A stretch of DNA of 64,000 bases from Squalus acanthias (Eukaryota): the NCBI GenBank assembly GCA_030390025.1, contig CM059441.1:66774001-66838000 (forward strand), given 5' to 3'. The notes under the pieces were generated by a model. It was not told where the DNA came from. It saw only the letters and a program-made list of their open reading frames with translations, and ran no database searches. This document shows, one piece after another, positions 27,122-39,100 of the stretch (position 1 is its first letter; each line of letters begins with the position of its first letter). Both the position numbers and the translations under genes were made by a program.

Positions 27122-30100
27122 TGTAAACAATCATTAGCTCAACAAAACAAGTGAGACAATTCGTGGCTTTAGTTGCTTTTCTTTGAAAACTGAACTAACA
27201 TGAAGACAGTCAGACAGCTTCTCTGCTTTAAAAAAAAAACCCGCATTCGTTATAAATTTACCTCCCAAGATTTTGAATTTTTTTTTAAATGTGTGAAGAA
27301 AAAGTTACTGAATAGAAAGGGCTAGAAGCTGAAGAAAACTATCCCATCAGTACAACTGACTGAGCAGTACTGATACATCTTAGAACATTGGGTTCACTGC
27401 CCATGCGCAGATTACCCAATGCAAATTCAACCCTGAGTCACCCTTCTGGGCAAAAAATATCATGTTCAAATCCAGGCTTTTGGGAGAGGCCATGGCATTC
27501 AAGCAAAGACTTGACCAAAGGTACAAAAGGCAATGCAGTGGATTGATTTAATCACATTGTTGTGAAATATTTAATATTTTTGAATTTTTGTTCAGTTTGA
27601 AATGTTAGTTTGGACATGAAATTCCAGTTAAAGGGAGACATGATGGATGGAAAAAAAAAAGTTCATTAAGAATTTTAATTGAATTGAACCCAGTGGTGTG
27701 ATTATCACTGTGATTACCTATACTCTCGCTATAAAATAGCAGCATTGACCGATAGTAGAGGTACTTGTAATGAGTTTTCAATGAAATGTGTGCCTCCTGG
27801 ACCATATTTAATATATACTAGATATTAATTTGTTATTCAACAGTAGTGTTAGAAATCTTTGGATTCACTATTCACTTGTATTTCTGACTTACCTGTGTTC
27901 TGATTCACAGGTGGAAACTATTCCAACAACGGCAGAGATGATTGGTCCACAGAGAGGCATATCACTACCCCATGCCCACGGAGCAGTGTTGAGTTCAGCT
28001 CTGCCCGGTAAGACACTAATAACTACAGTAATGATCCTTGACGCTGAGCATTCATATTGTCATTTGGAATCTAACTTCCAAACATGGATTGCTATCCACA
28101 CCTGGAATACTGTGCACAGTTTTGGTCTCCTTACCAAAGGAAGGATATACTTGCCTTCGAGGGAGTGCAACAAAGGTTCACTAGACTGATTCCTTCGCAT
28201 GGGCGGATTGTTCTATGAGGAGAGATTGAGTAGCCTTGGCCTATATTCCCTAGAGTTTAAAAGAATGAGATATGATCTCATTGAAAAGTATAAAATTCTT
28301 AAGTGGCTTGACAGGGTAGATGCTGGGAGGATGTTTCCCCTGGCTGGGGAGTCCAGAACTAGGAGTCACAGTCTCAGAATAAGGGATCGGCCATTTAGGA
28401 CTGAGATGAGGCGAAATTTCTTCATTTAAAGGGTTGTGAATCTTTGGAATTCTCTACCCCAGATGGCTGTGGTGGCTCAGTCGTTGAGTTGAGATCGATA
28501 AGATTTTTGGACACTAAGGGAACCACAAGGGATATGGAGGTAGTGCGGGAAGGTGGAGTTGAGGTAGAAGATCAGACGTGACCGTATTGAATGGCGGAGC
28601 AGGCTCGAAGGGCCGAATGGCCTACTCCTGCTCCTATTTATTATGTTCTTATGCGCTCACATGGCTGCCATCTGGCTGGATTCATTCTACTCTGCTACCA
28701 TCTTGTAAGAACGGATGCAAAACAAAACATTAACCCTCTGCCGCACCGTGTCTTTTGCTCTCAGGTGCCAGTGAGCTTTCCGATTCCTGCAAGCCACTGA
28801 AGAAACGTAGTCGGGCTTCCACGGACGTGGAGATGACCAGTCCAGGTTACAGGGAGATGAACGATTCTGATTCCAGAGGACTGCTGTGTGAGGTAAGAAC
28901 ACGAGATGAGGAGGAATAGGAGTGATGGCCAGGAGGTAGCCTAATCGAGGGATTCAGATGATTTACATGTAGAAGGAAGGATATTTGGAAGTGGGGCTAC
29001 AGACAGCAATCTATTTGAACAATTTCGAAGGATTGTGTTGAGAGTAATGGTTAGCTGGGCAGGAATGAGTCATGGGTTGTAATTCACTCTGCTGTTTCAG
29101 ATGATTTATATACAGAATAATAAACACTTCAATCTAATCTGGGGGTGTGGATGTCATGTCAGGGTGTTCAGATCACTTCATAATGAGTTTGAATTTTGAA
29201 TACTTTAAAACTTTTTTAGAAATGACAGTAGGCTTTAAAATCACCCCACCTATCCAGCATTATTTGTAGCCCTATCTTTTTTTTCCCTCTCACATGGCAG
29301 CTGTTGATCATCCTGCCAGTGCCATTTACACTTCATCTAGCGCCATCTTTTGTTTCTTAACTTGTCCCATTACCATCTCCTTTGGCCTTGCACCATCATC
29401 CCTTTTGTCTCTTAATCTCTCCTGCCTTCCATCCTATCACAGACCTTCCCTTTTGTTCTTTCCTCCCCTCCCCCCCCTTTCCCTGCCCCCACACTTGCTT
29501 AAAAACCTGTTCCATCTCCAGCTTTTTCCACTTCTAACGAAGGGTCATCGACCTGAAACGTTAACTCTGTTTCTCTCTCCACAGATGCTGCCTGACCTGC
29601 TGAGTATTTCCAGCATTTTCTGTTTTTATTTCAGATTTCCAGCATCCGCAGTATTTTGCTTTTGTATTATTTGTAGCACGTACTGTGTGGAATTTGTGGA
29701 GTGATTTCATTGGAATTCAGGCCCCCCGCCCCCACTTTCTGGTCCAAGCCCAGTATTCGGTGTCATGGTGGTGATTATTGGCCCATCAGCTCCTTTGTCG
29801 TTGATCTATGCACCCTGGCGGATTTATTGTTGTGACATATCCTGTGCACATTTATTGAGCAATAGTGCACAGTTATTTTCAGAGAATTTAAGCATGGCAA
29901 TCACTTGGTGGCTAAGGGGTTAAGGCTGGCCTCTGCTTTCGTTTTAGTTGGGTGTGGATTTCCGATCTGGACACCGCAGCTGAAGTACTTCCCTGTCCAG
30001 GTTTGGTGGAAGAAAGCGGTGGTTTAGTTCTTGGCCATTTCCTGGACCTACTGAAAGTGCAATTTATTCCAGGCCCAACTTGGGACAGACTAGATAAAAT

Positions 30101-33100
30101 GCAGTAAAAAGAAACTGCCCCTTTCAATGGATTCGAGAGAGACTAAAGCAATGGGTGAAGTGACAAGAAATAGGGAAAGAGGAATTTGGGAGTCAAATCT
30201 GGTTGCTAAAATGAAGGGACTGTAGGAAGCAATCCACAATTGCAACTCTGTTTTGGAATAAATCTGTTAAGTGGGTTTTAATAAAAAAAAATAGAAAAGA
30301 ACTTAACCCAAAGACTTTATTCCATTGACGCACTCATGTGAGGCCCATGGGTTCATCACCATCATAAATGTGGTTAAAGCTGGATTGTGATCTATTGCAA
30401 CCCCAGAAAATCACCCAAGAACATTTGTTGGTTATTTAAACATTGACAAACAAGCCAGCTATAATGATGCTGTGACGATTTTTTTTCTCCATTGTGTCTT
30501 AATGAAATAAATATATACGATGATAGAAAATAGTTGGCAGTGAGATATAGAGAGCCGTTCTGTCAGTGGGTTTTAATGGAAGAAACTGCAAGACTGAAAC
30601 TCCTCCGATATGAATTTTTGCCTTGTGGTTTATAACTGAGTACAAGTTCTGTGTCGTGGGCACGGAAGTGAAGTGATGTAACCGGAAAGGAAATAAAGAT
30701 CTTGGCATGTCTCAGTTCCGCTTCCCCATTGAAAAGTGCATCAGTCTCCGTTCCAAAGTCAGAAAATGGATAAATGTTATTGGCCCAAAATTTGCTGTCA
30801 AGATAACGGCGAGGCTAATGGCGCCTGCCGTTATTTATGCGCAAATGCCACGACAACTTCAGGCGAGGGGCAGATGCGCGATTAAATGCGGAAACCGGAA
30901 AGTTGCTGTCGGGGATGCGCCGCTGTCGCTATGCTGTTAGCTTCGCGAAAACGGCATCTTGCTGTCTGGCTCGCCATTCAAATGCATTGAACGGCGTGAA
31001 GTTCCTGTACTTGCGCGGTAGATACGAAGTAAACTCACGACAGAAAGTCGAGTCATTTTAAGTCTAATTACTCTTTTAACGATGAGGTGTTAAACACTGC
31101 ATCAACCTCTGGCGCTGAACATTAACTATTACCAGTGTGGAGTCTCATTCCCTCAAATTTAATTGTTCCAGATTTTTTTTTCATTAAAACTTTTTTTACT
31201 ACTTCTTTCTGTCTCTCTCGATCCCTGCCTATTTCTCATTCTGCACCTAATTTAACATTGAATTCACCATTCTAACTTCCACTTCCTTGTTCGGAATTTG
31301 CGCTGTTCATTTCACAATCCTTCAATCTGATTGGTTAAGGAGATTCAAAGCAGCTGTGTACACAGCTCCCAGATACCCTGTAGAGGGCGCCGCTCCGTTT
31401 CCATCTCGCACTTTCGGCAACTTGCATCGCAGAGTATCACGGGAGATTAAACGGGCAAGGGCAAGTCTAACTAAGGGCAGATGCCGATCGTTGACCGGTT
31501 ACAGGTATTTTTGGGCCAAAGCTTTTTAAAAGATTGCTGTAGCGTTCTCCTCCTCCCACTCCTGCAAAAGACCAAGTTTGGTGCCACCTTGTGGCCAAAG
31601 TTTTGTATATTTGAGAACAATTTGCAAAAGAAAATACGTTTGACTAAAGAATGAAAACCACGAGGCCATCAGGACTGTGGAGTTGTGCACTGTATAAAAT
31701 ACTGTTGTCTTCAGCTGCTAGAACGTACAGCGTCCCCCTGCCATCTGCAGGCTCTTAAAACCGAAACTTAATGTCAATGGCGTACCCACGCCCCCAGCCC
31801 TTATTAGAATATAAGAACAGCCCTTCAGGATTTCACTCACTGAGGCTCTTGTTGTTCCAGTCTCTGAGCGCAGACCCTTGCTCCGTGGACCTCCACCTGC
31901 AGCTTTATCTTTTGTCATTTGTATCTGGTCAGCTTTTTGGGTGATTCCAGTTGACAGATTGTTTAAAGAAAATGGATGAGATCAGAAGGTGGGGCCCAGT
32001 TAAATGCTGGGAGAAGTCCTGTAAGGATGGTGAACCAGTTTTTAGGAGGGTGTTAGCAATGACTTGCATGGTATTTGCACCATTGCAGTTGAGCTAGTCA
32101 GGCAAGACCGTAGGATGCTGCGTTCACTGGATCTGATTTTAACTTGATTTGCTTACATTTGTAATATTGGGTTTGAAATGCTGAATTGTTGGAGGGGAGA
32201 TTATACAGCCCCTCTTGGGATGATTAAGCTTATCCTCAGACTGTCGGGAGTTAAGGCGGGTAGACAGACCATGGCAAGTGGGGTGGGGAGAGGCTGGCAC
32301 TGCTCCAGTGTTACACTGCTCAGTGTGGCCATGGGATTCTTGCTGAAATTCTAGGTTGGCTCCCTGCTTGGCATCACTTGACTTTCCACTTGATATACTT
32401 CTACTTCTATCTGGTGGGACTGTGCGAATTGGCTCTTCACCTAGGCTTTCGGTTTCAGAAACACGATTGGAGTCATCTGGATATTGTTCAGTTGAGAATC
32501 TGAGGACACAAACCACGAGATTCTGAAATCCTTTTGCATTCAATATCTCTTTATTTTCTTGCCTTCCCTCTTTTCTGGGGTGTGGTTGCATGGACACCAA
32601 TCGCCCTCCCATAACTTGCTCCAAAGGCCATTATTCACTGGTGAGCCGTGACTGTGAATGTCAGCAGGTGAATCAAGCCCGTCAGGCAAGTGCGGTCCCG
32701 TCCTCATCAATGTTCCCTTTAAGCTGCGCCATCGCTCCAGGGGCGGAATTTTGAATGGGCCATGCAGCCCGTTAAAGGGGCCGTGCACCCAAAAAAAATA
32801 ACAGGGAACATTGGTCCTCATCCACTGTAATTCCAGCAAGGGTTTATGGGTGAAGCCTTACCGAATAACCACCCCCCCCCCCCCTCCCCAAAACCCACTT
32901 TGCACGACCTCGATCACCATGCGTTCTATTTCCCAGCATTGTGTTGACTAGGTGAGGTTTTTAACCACTCGGTGTGTACATTGTAGGTTGGCTTGGAGAA
33001 GAGACCTGACAGCCCAGTGGTTCCTCCAGGTACAGATGTCTCGGATGAAACATCAATGGATTCGTGTTTGTCCAGACGCGGCACGGGGTCATCAAAGAAG

Positions 33101-36100
33101 GACAACATCTGCCAGGTGAGAGCTGAGCAGAAGAAGGACTTGACCATTGGTCCACGATTGTGGATTAGTTTATTAAAACTATCCAATCTGATTGGTTGAT
33201 GGGGACTCGTCCTTGATTGCGCCGGCAATCTGATTTCAGAACGACTGCTATGGTCCTTTAGAAGAACAAAGTGTTTACTGGCCCACATTCCAGTGCCTGT
33301 GGTATAGGAACTTGTATGTTCTGTTCCAGATTACTTGTGTGCAACAAATGGAGCACTTGCTAGTTGCTTCATGGAATAATTGGCACTGTGTTCTTTCCAG
33401 CACTAAGCCCTTATACTTGTATCCAAATCCTTTATAGCCGTGATCATGAAATGATTTTACCGTATTCTGTCGTTGTCTGCTATCACACGCACCGAAACAG
33501 TTGAAGGTCCTGTTTTTAATTTTTTTTTAAAGTTGAATAAAATTATGGCGAGTACTTTATTGTTCAGTAGAAAATCGGGAACTGCAATCTGTAAATATGC
33601 TAAATTTAATTTATGTTAAAAGATGTTGCTTCAGGTTACTCGTATTAAGGATTGTTTTGTGACCATCTGCTGTCTCAGATCTGTGAGAAGCCTGGAGAGT
33701 CTCTGGTGCCCTGTGAGGGAGAGTGCTGCAGAGTCTTTCACATCGAGTGTCTTGGACTGGCCGAGCTACCTAATGGGAAGTTCACGTGCATGGAATGCAC
33801 TACAGGTAATGGGGAATGTTTTTATTCAATATTTAACTTCCTTCCTTCTATAAACCCCTCATCTTAGCTGTTGGGTGACTTCGCTTTAATCTATGTCCAC
33901 TTTGCTCAGTAACGAGCTGGTTTGAGGAGTGACTAGTGTCGCCTAGGGGGGACTTGATCCCTGCTTCCCCTGGTGAGGAGTGATCAAATATTGGCTTGTG
34001 AGAATTTGGGGGCATAACCTCAGTTCCCACCACTCCACGCTAAAACCACCTCACCATGGCTATTAGCTCCAGTTGAGATCCAGAACTCAGCATGTGGTTA
34101 ATCTGATTGCAACTAGATTTTTGTGACGTGGCTGGTTAGCGGACTGTCCAATGTCACCGCCAGCTTGACTTCGAATTGTACTTTTAAAAATGAATATTGC
34201 AGCATTAAAACATCGGGAGGCAGTTGCACGTTAGAATTCAAGACAGTTGCACTGAGTGCAATATTTCTCTGTTCTGGTACATCTGTCCTCCTACAGGAAA
34301 CCACACTTGCTTTTCTTGCAAGTTATCTGGGAAGGTTGTAAAAAGGTGCTCGGTGAATTCGTGTGGAAGATTTTATCACGAATCCTGTTTGAGGAGTTAT
34401 TCTTCTGCCATGTTTGAAGGAAAAGGATTCCGTTGCCCTCTGCACTGCTGTTTGGCGTGCTTGGCAGACAACCGTGAAATGGCTAAAGCAACTAAAGGTG
34501 AGAAGAAAAATCAAGGTGATTCTATCTCCTAACAAACTGTTTGAGAGAACACTTGTCCTTATCCGAACACTTGACCCTCCAGACCAATTCTACGATCAAA
34601 TTGCAAGAGTAAGAATTTGAAATCTCATTGAAAGTGGCTTGGGGTCTGGATCCGTCTAGGTAACGATCTACCTTCTGATTATTTAACTGCCGAGATTGTT
34701 GTTTACGCTCGTTTCTCGATCCTTTTTTTTAAGAATTGGTCCCGCTGACCAATTCTCGCTGCTGCAGTCGCAAAACTGTCAGATGACCGTGAAGTTCCGA
34801 CTGCCGCAAAGTTATCTCTGAATGTTCTTGTCTGATTCGGAACTGCAGCCCTTTGCTGGCAAAAGGCTGCATAGTTTTAACATTTTATCATTGTAGAGGA
34901 TGAAGGTGGCAATGTGAAACAAAGTGGGTGTTAAATGATGCAGCAGTCTGCTATAACTGCTAGTTATTGAAGGAGGCTGTGGATTTTGCCTGACACCGGA
35001 AGTTGGCCATAGGGCTCTTTTAAACTTGAGGCAGACTGTCGTGCTTTGCTGTCTGCTTTGATGTTTCCCATCATATATGTTCTTTTGCTTAAGAGCAATA
35101 TGTATTTATGGTTAATATTTAATATTTCTAATGTGCTGAATTTATCGTGCATGTAGTATAATCAGATATAGTGGCTCAGTGACGCAGTGTGCTTGTGTAA
35201 TGTGTTGCACCATGCTGTGGATTCGCCATCCTTTCACCTCCAACAGTTTCTGATCTCAACCAAGTGTACGAAGAAGACGCAAAATACATGGGGCGATTCC
35301 TTCGGAGTAAAGGGGGCAAAATCCCGGAGCACAGCAAGAGTGACTTTGGAAATAACCTTTAATTAGATTAGATACTGATTACAACAAGGAAACAGGCCGT
35401 TCAGCCCCTATTGGTGTTTATCCTCCACACCAGCTGTAGTCCCAATCCCATGTGTCTGCACTGTTCCCTTATCCCTTCATTACCCTCTGCTTCAACCACC
35501 TACCTCAGCTTTTCTTAAATAATTTGCCCAATTGAGGGAATGAAACAGAGACGGGAAGAAGAAAAGCAAATTGTCCCGTGAAAAGTAGGGTAATAAAATA
35601 AGTGTTCCACTTGGTGACTATGAGGTCGATGGATAAAATTGAGCATTGGGTAGTTGATAAACAGCTACTGAAAATTAATACTTCAGATTGCGAGTGTTCA
35701 GTTGCTTGATTGACAGGCCTGGAACGAGATGACATATTTGGATAAATCTTTATTTAGAAAGACACGGATTAATCAAGGATAGTCAGCACGGATTTGTTAT
35801 GGGAAGGTCGTGTCTGACAAACTTGATTGAATTTTTTGAGGAGGTAACAAGGAGGGTAGATGACGGGTAGTGCGTTTGATGTAGTGTATATGGACTTTAG
35901 GAAGGCTTTTGATAAGGTTCTACATGGCAGACTGGTCACGAAGTTAAAAGCCCATGGGATCCAGGGCAAAGTGTCAAGTTGGATTCAAAACTGGCTCGGA
36001 GGCAGGAAGCAGAGGGTAATGGTTGATGGGTGTTTTTGTGACTGGAAGGCTGTTTTCAGTGGGGTTCCGCAGGGCTCAGTACTAGGTCCCTTACTTTTTG

Positions 36101-39100
36101 TGGTATATATCAATGACTTGAATATGGGGGGTATGATTAAGAAGTTTGCAGATGATACTAAAATCGGCTGTGTGGTTGATACTGAAGAAGGAAGCTGTAG
36201 ACTGCAGGAAGATATCAATAAATTGGTCAGGTGGGCAGAACCGTGGCAAATGGAATTCAATCCGGAGAAGTGTGAGGTAATGCATTTGGGGAGGGCTAAC
36301 CAGGAAAGGGAATACACATTAAATGGTAGGACATAAATAGTGGAGAGGAACAAAGGGCCCTTGGAGTGCATGTCCACAGATCCCTGAAGGTAGCAGGCCA
36401 GGTAGATAAGGTGGTTAAGAAGGCATACGGAATGCTTGCCTTTATTAGCCATGGCATAGAATACAAGAGCAGGGGGGTTATGCTTCAACTGTATAAAACA
36501 CTAGTTAGGCCTCAGCTAGAGTACTGCGTGCAGTTCTGGTCACCACATTACAGGAAAGATGTGATTGCACTAGAGAGGGTACAGAGGAGATTTACAAGGA
36601 TGTTGCCAGGAGTAGAGAATCTTAGCTATGAGGAAAGACTGGATAGGCTGGGTTTGTTTTCCTTGGAACAGAGGAGGCTGAGGGGAGACCTTATTGAGGT
36701 GTATAAAATTGAGGGGCCTAGATAAAGTGGATAGAAATGACCTAGTTCCCTTAGCAGAGGGGTCAAAAACCAGGGGGCACAGATTTAAAGTAATTGGTGG
36801 AAGGTTTAGAGGCGATTTGAGGGGAAATTTCTTCACCCAGAGGGTTGTGGGGTCCGGAACTCACTGCCTGAAAGGATGGTAGAGGCAGGAACGCTAACCA
36901 CAAAGTACTTGGATGTGCACTTGGGATGCTGTAACCTGCAGGGCTACGGATCAAGAGCTGGGAAGTGGGATTAGGCTAGATAGCTCTTTGTTGGCCGGCG
37001 CGGACACAATGGGCCGAAATGGCCTCCTTCCGTGCTGTAACTTTCTATGATTCGATTAAATGGAATTTGCTCGTTACAGGCTCTTATTCTATTGCTTCCA
37101 TTCGTTAAACGATCCAAAAGTCCTTTTTAAAACCAGTTGTTTTTTTTTATATATAACCAGGTCGGATGTTGCGCTGTTTGCGGTGTCCTGTGGCTTATCA
37201 CACGGGGGAGAGCTGTATCGCAGCCGGCAGCCTTGTCCTTTCGACCCACAGCATCATCTGCAACAACCATTCCAGCTTGAAGAAGGGCAGTCGCGCGTCT
37301 CTCCAAGTAAATGTAAGCTGGTGCTTTATCTGTGCCAGAGGTAAGGCAATTTTCCTTCCGCCTTGAGTGTAAAATGATGCATCGACTTAAAAAAAAATGT
37401 AGCATGTGTAACTTAAATCTTTTTTATAAAGCTTTTTTCCTCCCTTTTTAAAAAAAAAAACTTCAAGACTAAATTAATGTTTTTCAGATTTTTTTGGGGG
37501 GGAATCATGGGTATTTTCATTGCAACTCATGTTTTTTATTTGTTTTATGTAGGGGTAATTGAGCAAGACCAATCCGAAACCCTTATCAGTTCATATACAT
37601 ATAAGTCGCACTACCTCCTGAGCGAGTCAAATCGTTCGGCTGAGTTGTTGAAAAAACCTATGATTCCTCCCTCACCGTCAACTACAGTAAAGAAATGTGG
37701 GAAAGGTAATAAAAACCAGCTTATCTCTGGAACCATGTGTGCTTGAATTTCTTACCCACCCCCCCCCCCCCAAAACCCCACCCACCATGCTTTCCCCCCC
37801 CCTCTCCCCCCGCATCTGCTAAATCTGTTGCTTTATTCAATCCTGTGTGATCTTGCTTATGAAAATGTGTAAATTGAATTTTTTTTAATGGTTAATGAAC
37901 CGAAATAAGAGGGAAAAAAATGTGAAGTTAGTCTGGGCTTGAAATAATTACAAGGTGAACATTTAATCCTTTAATCAGGCATTTCAGGGCTGGCTTGTGC
38001 AGTTATTAATGTCCACTTCACTGCATCGTTCTGTAATATCGCGGGACTTTTTTTCCTTCTGGTCTATAAATATTAATGTAATACCGTCCAATGCTCGATT
38101 TGAAATGATTGAGGATTGCAGTTACTTTTATTGCATAGTGAAAATGTATAATAGTTGGGAAAATTATCTACTCAAAGAATCTCATGTTCTGGACATTAAA
38201 TTGAATTTTGTTGCTTTCAACATAAGACATATTCACGGTGAAAGATTTGGCCATTTGTACTTGGTTCCTTTAGTACAGTTCGCTCCAAATATTATGGACG
38301 TGATTTGTTTGGACAGTGAAATAAATCAGGCAAAATGTATCTGTCCGAATGAAATGCAGAAACGTGCGTTTTTCTTTTTCGTTTTCTTTTCCAGACAAAC
38401 CTTGTGCATGACCTGTTTCCATCATTCCTTTCTTTGTCCCAAGCTCTTGATCTAGCCCTTTCCCTCAGTCCCTGTGCTCCATGACTTTTGGTGTTTCACT
38501 CACTCCAGCTCTGGGTCCTGCTCTCTGACACAGTCTAGGTCCTGATGTATGTCTCACTCACTCCAGCTCTGGGTCCTGCTCTCTGACACAGTCTAGGTCC
38601 TGATGTATATCTCACTCACTCCAGCTCTGGGTCCTGCTCTCTGACACAGTCTGGGTCCTGGCGTATGTCTCACTCACTCCAGCTTTGGTCTCTGCTGTGC
38701 TTTGTTTGGCTCTGGCTGCCAATCTTGGTCACCGCCAATGCTCTCCTGCTTTGAGTCCCAGTCTCTCTGGTATCTGTCCCCGGGGCTTTCTCCCACTCCA
38801 GATACTATTCTCTTGATCCTGTATGCTCTACCTGCCTCTGAATCCTGGTCTCTTGGTGTCTGTCTCACTTCTCCCGCTCTGTTTCATGATCTTAGTTTCT
38901 GTCCCGCACTCTTCCACTTTGAGGCCCAGTCGCTTGGTGTCTGCTCCAAGACTTTTATCAGGAGTGGCTTTCCCTCTGATTTGTCCTTCCTGGTCTCTGC
39001 GCCCTCCCACGCAATCGTGGCTGAGATCTGGAGCTTGCTCTGTGGTTAGTTGCAACTGAGGACTCGGTCCTATCTCTCTGTGGTGCAGTCCATCGGGACT

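Noticed and set aside
35860-36725. Reverse transcriptase ORFs as a functional gene or retron-like system
   Set aside because: 5'-truncated, frameshifted CR1 ORF2 with a standard CR1 tail.
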